Assembly (NCBI GenBank): GCA_907165135.1
Contig: OU015567.1
Coordinates: 8,246,001-8,310,000, forward strand
DNA length: 64,000 nt
From: Oikopleura dioica
Taxonomy: Eukaryota; Animalia; Chordata
Direction: 5' to 3'
Shown piece by piece: positions 12,501 through 22,804 of the stretch. Position 1 is the stretch's first letter. Every line of letters begins with the position of its first letter. The position numbers and the translations under genes were made by a program. Below the pieces are notes generated by a model. That model was not told where the DNA came from. It saw nothing but the letters and a program-made list of their open reading frames with translations, and searched no databases.

Positions 12501-15500
12501 CAACGTGATTTCATCCATCGAGAACACGTGGTTCACGCCGCAGAACGAAATCACGACTTACGCTGGATTGATTACTACGAGGCCGAGTACGTATTCCCAC
12601 ATTTAACCGAAATCGTTAAGTCGAAAGTCCCACAAAAATCGCCTGTTCCTACTTCCAAACCGATGGAAAAGTCCGGGTCGAAGTCGCATGGGGGGAGGAA
12701 ATCTTCTCAGGTCGCGTCGACTCCGATGGTTGCTATGGAAAAACCGCCAAGATCATCTCTATCACCTATTTTGGAAAGTAGACGCCGATTGGACATGGAA
12801 AATCTGGGAGATACAACCGCTACATCTATTTTGGACTCGTCGGTAGCTCCAGCCGAGCCGTCAGATCGCTGGTACTCTGGTGGTACTCTTTATGAAACTG
12901 CCGAGGACATGTCAGCTGATGCTACAGTGATTTCGGAGGTTGCTGCGCCCGACAATAGCCATATGTCAGTCGATAAACAAAATTCAACAGTAGTTGAGGG
13001 CTCAGCAACTGAAAACAGCAAGAAAAGAACCCGTCCAAAGTCTTCACCAGATCGTCAATACTCAGCCGGCGCCGATCCGAATGCGACTTTAACCGAAGTT
13101 GGAGCAGCTCATCTCCCGAAACATACAAAACGAGCACACCGTGAAACGAGGCCCGTCGAACCTCTAAACATCGGCACAAACTCGGGTCAGTCATACGACT
13201 AAGCGCAAGTACTGCCCCACTCAGGTCCCCTATTCATCGACCGGGGCCTGAAAAGGTACGGAAATTATCACAGTTTACCGTCGCCGACGTATTTTGAGTT
13301 CTTCTACATGTGCAGCTACTCCTTCATGTCATCACCGCTCGGACATCACGAAAACTTCGCATCTGATTCAAGCTTTTTCCCAAAAAAGGGTTTTTTAACG
13401 CGAATCAGACTGCCTCGACGTTTCGAACCTGCCATGTTACTCATCTTACGCTTATACTCCTGCAAAAATCACACACTTTGGCCTTAGAGGACGTTTCAGT
13501 CTCATGGGGGGTATTGGGATCTTAGATTCGTTAGACTCCCTCGTCCCCTAAGGTCACTTGCTTATCTAGATCGAGCTTTGCTCGGTCGCCGCCGTGTATT
13601 TCTCTCCATTCGGTAATTCTCGCAGTTCGTGAATTAACCTCTATTTTACTCCAGCTCGAAATACAGACGTCAAAGATACTTTACTCGTTTTCTTCCTTCG
13701 TCCAGATATAGAGAGCAGGCAAACTACGCTAGAAGTGGGAGATTCAGCAGAAGCTAGGATCCCTTCAGTAACATAACAAGAACAAACTCGAAAAACTGTT
13801 TCGTAGCTTATTATCGTTAGTTTTGAAGCTACAGATTTTGTTCGTGACCAGAAGCCATGAAAGAGACTCGAAGGCGGTTTTGTAGACTTCCTCAAACAGA
13901 GTGCTTATATATGAGTCGGTAGAGGTTTTTGACACTTTATGGCAGATTTGCCAAGTGCCTTGGATGATCGTAGGTGTCATGGAAATAAGTTGGCCCTGAA
14001 AAGTGAGTTGAAATCAAGGAGGAGTACAATATTTTTAACCTTTTGAATTGGAATATTTTCGGCCGTGCTGTAAAGATACTCGTCAAGGCATCGAAGGGTA
14101 TCCCAAATTGAAGTGTCACCGATTGACCGGACGTGAATGAGAGTGATGAACCGTTGGACCTCGGCGAGTGTTTCCAACACGTGAAGAATGATTTCTGGGC
14201 GACTAGTTTGGACAATTTTCGACTGGCTTAGATCGAGCAAATTCATTATCGCAGCTGGTCCATTGGATGCAAAGAAGAAGGCTAACACATCTCGCGTTTG
14301 TTGAGTAGGCTCTGTTGGTAGCAGTAGGCTTCGGAGCAGACAGAGATTGTACCAGTTCATGGATTGCGATTCTGAATTGAAGAAAGACTTCAAATCCTTC
14401 TTCCTCATTATTGCGATTCTGAGCGCTTTCGTATCGCCTGGTAACACCAAGACAAGCTTCATGATTGAATTTACCAAAGAATACTCGCTGATATCCAATG
14501 CCAATTCCATCAAGCCAATAATATCGGTGATGAAAGTTGGATGGTTTTCTAGCGAATCATCAGGCCTAACAGATCGTTTCCTCGCCTTTAGACGTTCCTG
14601 GACAAATCTAGCGTAGAAATTCACTTGTTCGTTTTTGGCAGAAGTTTCGAGCATCTGCTCCGATTCAAGAATGTGCTGTGAGTTTTGCTCGGGAAGAATT
14701 ATGAGGTCTTTTCTGATATCAGGAAATTGATGTTGAAGACGCTCGCTTAGATGACGAATGTTGTTATTAGAGTGCATATCAACTTTAATATTCTGTTGCT
14801 CGATTTGAACTGTATATATCTTCTTTACTCCGCGCCACGATCTCCCCAGCGCTAGATTATCTTCCTGCATTCGGTTCTGTGGAAATTCCGAGAGATAGCG
14901 TTGAAAGAGATCTACTATCCGACAGATTTTTAGGGTCACTGATGATTTATCCGCAGCTGCGTCACTTTCTTTGGATTCTTTTGCGTCCGTGATTATCTTC
15001 AGGGTATCGTGAAACGTTTTAATTCGCTGAATGCACTCTTCGAAAAAGTCATTGTGATTTTGAGCAGTGCCAGTGATGAACATATTCGTGTAGTAATTAT
15101 TAATGATATCTATCACATCTGGAGCCAGAACAGCATCACATGAGCAAAGTGTCTTCCAGAGATAATTGATGCCGTCTTGGGATGGATTTTCGCTGCCGAT
15201 GGAGCTGTCTGGTTTATTCTGGCTGGATATTGCGTTGAAGAAGTAATAGAAACAAGTTACCCCAGCAGGCGTTAGTTTTTCAGGCTCCATCGCGAGAATA
15301 TGACTGGCGAAAAAATTAAAAATACTGACAGAGTTCAAATCTGGCTCTTGGCCCATTATGCTTTTGAACCAAGTAAAGCCGAGTTCTCGCATTTCTGGAT
15401 CGCCAGGGACAACAAGTTTTTCCCAAACCGCCACTGCATCTTTGTATTCAAGGTACAGCCGTGCTTCTTGAAGAATGTATTTGATAAACGATAGACGTAA

Positions 15501-17596
15501 GCTAATCTCGGTCAAATGACCGTGAATCGTTTTCGGTCGAGTTTCTTGGGAACTTGTGAATTTGATCATGTCCGAAATCACAGCGTGAATCAATTGCTCA
15601 TTATTCTGCAGGTCTTCTAGCGCTCGCTTGCGTGTCATCCCGACTGTATAGTTGTCATCAGGGAGATCATTTCCAATTAGCTCAATCAATTTAATCACAG
15701 GGATCGTCAAGTCCGGATTTTGCTTGAACTCCGCGGCCAACTTCGAAAGCCACCTTATCTTCCTCTTGTCTCGATCAACCGATCTGTTGTCCAAAATTTT
15801 TACAAGATTCTGAAGCGTGTCATTGAGTATTTCCTCGCTGACATCGACACCCGTGGCCATTCCCCACAGAAGATCGAGAATTTTGTCACCGATTCTAGGA
15901 TCTTCAGCCAGCCGTTTGACCAGGGATAGGAGTTGCTCGCGGTCCTTTTTGGAGGCGTCAGAAGCGAGCCACATGTTTCGGAATTTGTCGAGAAGATAGC
16001 CGAGAAGGTTATCGGATAATTTATCGGCGATGGAGGCGAACAAGTCATCGATGTTGAGGATGATGGCTGGGTGAGCACCGAGCTTCGCATTCCAAATCAT
16101 GTCGATGTCAGATGTTGTCAGAACATCGTGGTCCATCATGAAGATCAAGACATTGACAACGCGCTCGACATACTGTTTTAAATGGAGCGAGTCTCTGAGC
16201 ATAACTGGCAGAAGAGCTTCCTTGGTCCAATCGGCTGCTTCTTTTGCACTGAGTTTGTTACTGTCGTTATAGAACTGTTTAGTGGAATTCAATTGGGTCA
16301 TGATCTCGTTGAGCGCGAACATACGCCCATTGTAGGTGGAGAGCTTGAGCACGCGGTGGAGGAGGTTAAAGTGCTCCAGTTGAAGGGATTTCTGCGAGGC
16401 GCCGAAATGCGCTAGAATTTTCGCAAAAGAGGTAATCACGGTGAGCGGGCCAAATGCATCAGAGCGTAGATCTAACGATTTGATTTCCTTGTCCGTCAGC
16501 GATGCGAGGTACTCGCTGAGCTTTTCTTTCATCGGTAGAAAATATTGTGCGCATGATTCCTAAATTTTTTTTAGAATTTCATGAAAACATTGAGGAGTAC
16601 TTACAGAAACGACCTTAATTGCCTCAGCGAATGTACAGAAATAAATAGGAATGAGCTCCACGTCGAGCGAGGAAAGTTGACTGTTTGCATATTGAAAGCC
16701 ACCTGAAGATCAGAAAATTTAACGTTTCTCTCTTTATCAATGTTTACCTTGTTTCCCAAAGCGCTCAATAATTTCTTGAAGAAAAACATTTTCGTTGACG
16801 CCAGTTACAAAGCGGTATTTTTCTGGAACGGTCACTACAAATACCGTTGAGTAAACATTTTTAGAGAAGAGTGGGACATTGTTCTGGCGACTCTAAGCAA
16901 ATAGAACTTCCGAATACGAAGAAAAAACTGAAAGCCGACTTGCTTACGTAAACGTTATTTCAATACACTCAGGCGTGTGATAATCGGGCATAAACAAACA
17001 AGGAAGGAAGTTCGCGAGAGAGGCCTTACCGGATTCGTACGAAGGAGGTCCGGAACGAGTACGACGCTGGTGAAAGATACTGTTAGGATTGAACAAGTGG
17101 AACATTACGGCAAGCATATTTTTATCGAGAATGTTGTTCCGCAGAATTCTAGCCAGCAAATCGACCAGCTCGAAGTTTCGCCGCTGAATGTGTGCATCGT
17201 CTTCCGGACGGCTACTGTAGAACCAGTCCCGGCTGAGGAATTGAAAAGCAGCAGAAACACATGTCTAAACAGACCCTCAAAAGGATGTTTCCCACCAAAT
17301 ATAAGATAATACATAATTGTATATAAAGGAATCTATGCCTGGAAAATATATTCAACTGCTTCTTTCGCCCTTGGCTCCCCAGTGTCAATCAGGAAGGAGG
17401 CATCTTTGAGAATGTGAGAGAGCTCTTTGTTGTCCCGATAAGCATCGACTGTCAACCGAGACTGAAGGAAACAGTTAGCTCCAGAAAGGGAAGATAGAGT
17501 TGGCACTACCTTTTGTGTCTGTGCTGTAAAATCCTGACTGCGTTTTAAGAAGTCCTCGATGTTCACTATGTCGGTTTCTATCTCATCTTTATTCAT
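3524..17596 (-). CDS. USP9X: USP9X/fat-facets-like ubiquitin-specific protease, interrupted by the LTR retrotransposon
   Basis: Catalytic motifs in ORF 5409-7238: Cys box GYVGLKNGGATCYLNAVVQQL, KRFDYDWERE..IKFNDYFEFPR, His box VVVHSGQASGGHYYSFV. N-terminal pieces (17333-17596 VVPTL, 16944-17159 FNPNSIFH, 13977-16532 STYNGRMFALNEI) follow USP9X order. ATG at 17596; inferred stop at 3524 after a 44-nt GT-AG intron. Some motifs are USP24-like, but the DYDWERE/FNDYFEFP block favours USP9. Confidence 0.85.
7278..7533 (+). repeat. 5' LTR
   Basis: tattgggatc...gatcccttca; no mismatch found against 13512-13767 when compared by eye. Confidence 0.97.
7535..7545 (+). promoter_or_regulatory. Primer-binding site TGGTATCAGAG (initiator-Met-tRNA-like)
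   Basis: Begins 1 nt after the LTR-terminal CA with TGG, the complement of the tRNA CCA end. Confidence 0.85.
8049..13202 (+). CDS. Gag-Pol polyprotein (1717 aa): gag, aspartic protease, reverse transcriptase, RNase H, integrase, low-complexity tail
   Basis: Protease VDSGA; RT LPFG and YIDD; RNase H LYTDAS, EKEM, TDHRSL, ADFMSR; integrase HDLSGH...CVPC, QIDF, SDRG, AERANRTIK and GPY/F-like WVGP. No internal stop or frameshift. Confidence 0.97.
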   Translation: MAANKSLLETVTEIRSINDRVNYLEEQVRNDESLKPSLEPLITESRVKLEQLSTTLLTCELDQGKESTNATMREEAWVATTWSRHVQDLPKLDAACNTSFNTFLGRADIYHRAYVRDRPSREQPFIAAVYSHFDLNIERSLGTEFLNCQDWKSAKALLEKSFAAKSHYLLKLSEVFDVEYDHSKPFAHYTANVLQKMNEAKQATLNSYRQEKSADAGVDEIFDIFSTMMLYLNLRKEEPDVFNAILPSLSKVYDINELCRLAQSTRQNRVDSATVSQHFNRNKNKKKKNAKRASTDSKDGKDDKQPESKKINTTKNVEDFQPFDVHFYTVKKKRPGKAYFASATIITGSKSFDVSMEVDSGAESSCLSAAYVPDKFLQMLKPCPFKVTGFSPNIPAEQPRGILPCRLSFNGGPAFSLNLTIMPGSKYPSLLGRDILENAMTDSFTVDNKNRTLSFCYNEAFTQTETQVVKLDGVKRTKIKKYLTTRSAVKDSDRSRTQPPREVPKLDAPNKNAARCPIQLAKQKLGITLPADADPGQKKMVAELCLEFDDRFGCDGQKMGEFPFEIEIPTDGTSRNISQHPIPQAFHGQVSDHISELLETKIIEEIKDQKGFNSPVLPIPKKSGEMRFCINYKNSLNKCLSDKSDPYHLPSMEDTIANIGPGNKFFATVDLRSGYWQCPVKKSDRYKTSFQWGGKSYAFCRLPFGYRCSGNIFSRVVNTILDSSPTRKKMLSYIDDIVCFGKTFSCYYNTLRNLFIALRKFNAKLKGEKCSFLQSEAHFLGRIINEDGIKPDPAQVSALRQMKPPRSQKELASLIGSLNWIRGFLETKMGEAISSGCFSSRMKPINDVRNSANETNCFKWTKEADLALKEIQRRLSETPVISFPNFDESFHLYTDASLYAAGGVLLQEYGGRVHLVSAISHTFNKAERKWNTSEKEMFSIVWCCERLEKLLKGRFFQIHTDHRSLIFLHKKKFKNSKISRWQSRLEEFDFHIVYIKGSENQFADFMSRRPGEDDKSLGYDSEFPVGREYEIDKNSPVRVFVPFWNENQFPEKITLSEVKIHKVNVKAIAAPMEIPLVSANYNNILDYQREDSALSAIITFLESGKEPLDIKSLVKDSDHRQSSLLKMEKALFLDNTTGCLMCQFKSGARAVVPEAVKSHFLFLAHDLSGHLGEPRTLERLEDVWWPSFQDDVSNYVHSCVPCLRRKGSAGTRTKPPLGTLRRGKTAGESIQIDFACMPPAGGFKYYLVVADTFSRYTWCIPTRSDTAICAAKALIYKVFLPMDFLPKHLHSDRGTHFCASVIDEMCKLNQIKHTISTAFHPQSNAFAERANRTIKNSLFCMVNSSSGRKTWADCVPHVMRALNSVKNKSTKISPREVWFGRKSTFTHSTGAEMTAETPQVFGLNVGALAKSAEAIVKTAMEAADRAMEHRLKNEPKPRPIPAGAVVYIKRENLTDAKSKKERWVGPLKAVSSNDWVVMVEDKKGQRDFIHREHVVHAAERNHDLRWIDYYEAEYVFPHLTEIVKSKVPQKSPVPTSKPMEKSGSKSHGGRKSSQVASTPMVAMEKPPRSSLSPILESRRRLDMENLGDTTATSILDSSVAPAEPSDRWYSGGTLYETAEDMSADATVISEVAAPDNSHMSVDKQNSTVVEGSATENSKKRTRPKSSPDRQYSAGADPNATLTEVGAAHLPKHTKRAHRETRPVEPLNIGTNSGQSYD
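13506..13511 (+). promoter_or_regulatory. Short polypurine tract (G6)
   Basis: gggggg immediately 5' of the 3' LTR. Confidence 0.7.
13512..13767 (+). repeat. 3' LTR
   Basis: Identical copy of 7278-7533, followed by the GTAA duplication. Confidence 0.97.
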
Positions 17597-17786
17597 ATCT
17601 ACAGTTTATACATATCCCTGAAAGAAAAAGCTGATAAGGTAGCGTAATTAAAACTGATAATTCAATATATTCATATGCGTAGCCGTAAGTGAGCCCAGTA
17701 CCAACGAAGTAAGTGGGTATTGTTTAGAATTGTGGACATGTAATGTTGAACGCAGCAGAAAGAAAAAAAATAGTAGTAACATGTAT

Positions 17787-19370
17787 TTATGCTTTGAGGG
17801 CGTGGATCATTTCTTCTTTTTGAATGCAGTGGCAGGCTTTGTTGATGAGGTCCATAAGAGTTTCAACCGTGTTCGACCACTCGTTCAGCCGCTCAGACGG
17901 GAGCTTCTTCGCTTCAAAGCTAGTGATGCCAGAGAGTCGATCTAAAAATATCCAATTGGAATCATGGAATCGTGTGTGTCTTACCAATTCGTGCCCAAAC
18001 AGCTCCTTTTACGACCATATCTGACAAGTGTCGTTCAGCATCATCAAGTGAGAGATCAAGATGCTCTGCCATTCGCTGCGTGCGGATTCTAGTGTACGCT
18101 TTTGAAATGACTCGGATGTTGTGCTCGATACATCTGTTGTGCAAATCCTTCCATCGGTTTTCGCCAGCTTCGGACTAAAACAAGTGTTACGCGAAGTTTT
18201 TGATATGGGGTTTGGTTACCTGATCAAAGATAGAGCCAACGATTCCGTTTCGAAGCTCCTTTGTAAAATCATTTCGCAAGACGGACCATTTCATGATTTC
18301 GGGCGTGAGGAAGTTTTCCAAAAGCGTCTTGTAAATAGGGAGGTCGTTCATTGCTTTCATTTGTTTGATCGTGTTCAGCAAGCTCTGCTGTTCGGGTCCA
18401 ATGTCAGCGAGGATGGAAAAACGGCAGCGGAAGCGAGGGCCTCTGTGAACTAAAAATCATGATAAAATCAATGGGGAGTTTCTGGTCTTACATGATTCTT
18501 CTCGTCTTTAATGAGTTGGGTTTCGGTCAAATGGATGAAATGTCGCGCAATATCGAGATACTTCTTGTCGCCCATGCAGACCTCAATCATGAGCTTGTAG
18601 TATTTGATCTTCAGCTTCTGGACTTCCTCCTTTTCGGCCTCTTTGCCGGCAAAATAGCGGGTCGAGATCTTCTTGGAAATGATTTGCGAGCGGACAAAGT
18701 CCTTGTCAGCGATTGTCATTCGCATCTGCTCCAAAATGAAAGCGACCTTCTCTTGTCGCTCCATGGAGCCATAAGTTTCAACTTGGAGCTCGTTGATAAT
18801 CTTGGCCGCATCGGAGATCTGTCCTTTTGCTTCGCGAAGAGTTGCGAGCTTGAGTGTCAATCGAGCGCGCTCAACTTCAACGTAGATTTTTCCGTCAGTC
18901 TGATTGCGGAGGCAGTCAATGAGTGACATTTTTGGCTCGTTGAGGGATGGAACTGCGTCCATTTCAGTGACGAATTCGCAACATCGCTGCACCATCTTTG
19001 TGATGGCCATTTTTATCAAAGATCGTCGCTGTAATTAGCTTTTTGAATGGTGAAGAATAAACTTGAATTTACCTTTGTTAGGGCAATTATCTGATCATTA
19101 AGGTCGTTCCATGCTTTAGCAGTGTAGCAAATGTTCACAATGCAAACCAAAATCTTTGACAAAGAGTTAGCATCTTGATTGACCCGGCAATTCTTTTCCA
19201 AAGTCATCAGACTGTCCACAGCTTGCATATGATCCTAAAGTATTTTAATCAAAAACAGTCAACTTTTAGTGGCTGTCTCTTACTCCTTTAGCGATTTCAT
19301 ATGCCTTCTCGATTTTCTCTGCGGCCTCGACCGAGTAATCGACGATCATTTTCGTCTCCTCGAGGGACAT
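17787..19370 (-). CDS. PSMD12: 26S proteasome non-ATPase regulatory subunit 12 (Rpn5)
   Basis: GKIYVEVERARLT, ELQVETYGSMER, RCIEHNIRV and a KEEMIH C-terminus. Exons join through GT-AG introns of about 42-50 nt. Confidence 0.97.
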
Positions 19371-19727
19371 CTTTACACGCTCTTTTACAGTCCTCTGAGA
19401 TAAGTTTTTAATGAAATTAGAAATGAAAAGAGTCGAAAGTTAGGAATGGTCTGCAAATAGGAAAAAATTGCTGACATTGAACAATACGAAGAAATAGTGC
19501 ACGAAAATGAGAAAGACGCAGAGTAGAAGTACAGTAAAAATTCAAAGAATGAAAGAATCGGGGATAGTTTGCGCGGGTTAGTTTTTTCTGGCAAGAAGTA
19601 AAGTTAAAAAGAACGGTCTAGAAATCGGAGGGAATGAATTTCAAAAGCAGGGTTGATTGATTCGGATTCGGGTAGAAGTAAAGAAAGATACAGAAACATA
19701 AACAGTGGCACAGTTGAGAAAAATTTA

Positions 19728-21014
19728 TTATACAAGCATGGAAACGCGGGCCTGGTCATCCAGCCCAGGGCGTGGAACTGAGGAGTTGACAGAATTGTGA
19801 TCGGGGATTGAGCCTGAAAATGCGCTTTATTCCTGATTTATAGGTAGAGACTTACGTGGCTCTCGATATTCTCGAGATTCGCGGTACTCGCGCCGTTTAG
19901 AACTATCTTGAGTCGGCCTTGATGATCTTCTGGGAGCATCGTCGACGACTCTGAAACCCTCGACATTTTGACTTGGCGGTCGGACATTATGTTGCAAGGA
20001 AACGATTTGATCATTGCGAGAGAGCGGTGTTTTCGATGGGATAAAATCTCCGATATCTGATGGTTCGGTGACGTCATCTCGACGGACGAGCGACTTCATT
20101 TTATGTTCCAATCCGTTGAAGCCAGATTTTAATTTTCCAGCTGTTACTTTCCACATTGATGGTCCACTATAAAACCATTCATTTTTATATCAACAGAAAG
20201 TGAGCTTACGGATCTGGTTTTCTCCAAGAATCAGCTGGAATCATGCTAGGCCGGTCGTCAGCAGTGCCAGGCTTCCAGTACTTTTTCTGAAACTCTTTAA
20301 ACATTTTCCATGCAAAAAGAGTCGAGGCAAGATAGAGGCAAAAGACGACCCAGAGAAATACGACTGCAAAAATGTGATTTCCTAAAAGACCTCGTAAATC
20401 ATTAAGGCACTCAAACACTCCTACCAAAATATACATTGTAACCTGCCAGCATGGCCATGTAATTTTGACAGTCACGTGGGTATCGTCCACAATAAGCCTG
20501 AAAGTTCATACGGGCGTTGAGACCCATCCCCCGTTGATAGCCACCGTAGCCATTGTAGCCGCCGAACATGGCGGATCCGTAGCGGTTTTGATTGCGCATC
20601 GGGCCTGAGTAGTTGATGGGAGAGCCGTTTGTGTAGTCCCATCGCCAAAGATGGACGGATTCTAGCACTCCAGCGACGAGATAAGACAGAAGGCAGAGCA
20701 GGTTAAAGATAAGCTCGCTTTTTGGCCAATTGATGTGGCTAAAAGCGTCATAAAAAATTAAAGTGAAAGATTTTAATACCCAAAGTTGAAATGATAACCA
20801 GACAAGAATATAAAATACATGACGATGGTACCCAGCCAAGGCAAAAAAACAAAAGCATGACCAAATGAAAGGGCCAGGTAACACCCTCGATGAGAAAGAT
20901 CGGCTTCCAATATGGACTGCAAGCGATGATTAACCAAATGATGAATCCGAATATGATCTGGCCGATTTTGCAGAGGCCTTGCTTTGACCGCGCGTAGCGG
21001 CCATCGCAGCCCAT
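19728..21014 (-). CDS. MARVEL-domain multi-pass membrane protein (MAL/plasmolipin-like) with extended loop and C-terminal tail
   Basis: Hydrophobic segments GQIIFGFIIWLIIACSP, PWLGTIVMYFIFLSGY, INWPKSELIFNLLCLLSYLVAG and HIFAVVFLWVVFCLYLASTLFAW. A continuous frame needs one extra T in the T7 run at 20843-20849. Confidence 0.7.
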
Positions 21015-21072
21015 TCTAAAGAGAGTAGATTGTAAGATTATTGCTAGAGATCCGAGACAGTCTGTTGTGTTT

Positions 21073-21832
21073 TCACATATTTCCCATGCGCTTTGGATTG
21101 CCAAAAACGTCGGGCATTCGTTCGACAGCAAATTTATGATCGGCAATGTACATGATTGGGACGCCTGGAATCTTTCTTATTCTTCGTTTCAGATCTCGAT
21201 CACACGTGGCCGCGATATAACACTAAAATTCAAGCTTCGAAAAAGTCGATTATTTTTTTTCGTTACTGACCTTGTGCGCAGTGACGCGATTAACTAGGCA
21301 GTCATCGGCGTAAGTCCCTTTATGTTGACAAGGCAATCGCTCTTGAATAAACCGTGAATCATTGAAAGTCTTAATAATGTATCTTACCCAACTGTTGGGC
21401 GATTCTGAGGGCAATTCTATACTTTGGCCCGAGCTTCTCCAATTCCGCCACGACGCAGTCTGTTACGTAGGGCGTTACCTTCGCCATCAGACAGTCCTTC
21501 ATTCCTTCTTTGATGTCCAGTCTGTTCTTCAGCGTAAAGTTGATGAAGTTAGTATCGACGAGGACGTGATACGGAGGGCCGAGCTGCTCATTGTACTGAA
21601 AGAACAGGGCCGAACTGGCTTTCGGTAACTGCCGTTCGATGATTTTTCCGTCCTTCAAGCTTCGCTTCGACACTTCTTGCTTTTTTTTTTCCGCCGCTTA
21701 TTGTCTGACAAATACGATTTTAAAACCCAAGGAGTAGAATTTTCGAATTTTACCTGGGTTTAGTCGGCCATCACGAGCCTTTATCATTCTTTTCATTTCT
21801 GCAAATTTACGAGTTCGATTATTCCTCCCCAT
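21073..21832 (-). CDS. FCF1: rRNA-processing protein FCF1/Utp24 (PIN domain)
   Basis: [35 protein letters not shown] and [22 protein letters not shown] across three short introns. Confidence 0.97.
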
Positions 21833-22804
21833 TTCGCTTCAGTAGAATCTAAATAATACGCACACTGGGTCTTCGATCGATCTTATTTTGCAGGAAAAAA
21901 AACCAGCTGACTGAAAACTCATCAACAATGTCCTACAAATGCGTAAGGCCACAAAACAAAGTGCCAAGTCTTCTTTTTGCTTTTTCCTGCATAAATTCAT
22001 GAAATACTTTTTTCAGCCTGCGATATTTTTTATTTCTGCTCAATGAATGTAAATGGGTCTGCGATGAAAAATTGGGTTCTTCGGAAGAAATTTTATTAAA
22101 GCAGTTTTGTGTTTGTTAGTAAACGAATTTGTTCTTTGGACTACGGCAATAAGGAATTACGAGTTTGATTTGTTTGAAAAAAGCAGGGAAATTAGAGGTC
22201 AACAGCGACGAGTAAGTAGCATGAGTAAAAATGTACAATAAGTTAGAACACTCAGATAAGAGAAGATGAAGTATGGGGTTCGTTTTTTTGGGGGGATTCG
22301 ATGAGGTATCTGCACATGTCAATAAATATATTCTTTTGTAGGCTTTTTGAAACAATATAAGTAAGAAAAATGTAAGAAGCAAAGAATGATAAGGCGTTTA
22401 TCAATTAGTAGTACATCAAGTTACAAAATGGACATGATGATTAGATTACTCGGAAGTCACCAGCATTTTAATTTTCATCCCAGTGAGTTAAATGAATTTA
22501 AATGACTGTATAAGCATAAATGGACGCGAAATTTACAGATAAATGGAAAGATAATTAGCTCGGAACATATTTTCTAGGCATCATTATTAGTTTTTTCCTA
22601 TCTATCAATCATAGTAAATTCTAGCTTGACGGTAACATATTTCAAGCTCGTATCACAGAATTTTTATCTACAGAAGAAGTTTGAGTTCTTTTCTTTTGTC
22701 GATAAAACAAACGAGCGCAAGAGGAATTTGTTACGAAGCAGAATTTACAAATTGAAAGATAAAATAAGCAACAATTTCAAATTTCAAATTCTGAAACGAG
22801 TTGT

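Larger units (their letters stand above)
7278..13767 (+). mobile_element. Full-length Ty3/gypsy LTR retrotransposon (Tor-like if the host is Oikopleura), no env ORF
   Basis: Two 256-bp LTRs, GTAA duplicated at 7274-7277 and 13768-13771, PBS at 7535, G6 tract before the 3' LTR, and a single ORF with PR-RT-RH-IN domain order. Confidence 0.97.

Noticed and set aside
13203-13511. env gene in the retrotransposon
   Set aside because: Only 309 nt lie between pol and the 3' LTR, with no signal peptide, furin site or convincing transmembrane segment.
21681-21700. Apparent frameshift in FCF1 at the A10 run
   Set aside because: Using the acceptor 8 nt further downstream (ataag|cggcgg) restores the frame without any indel.
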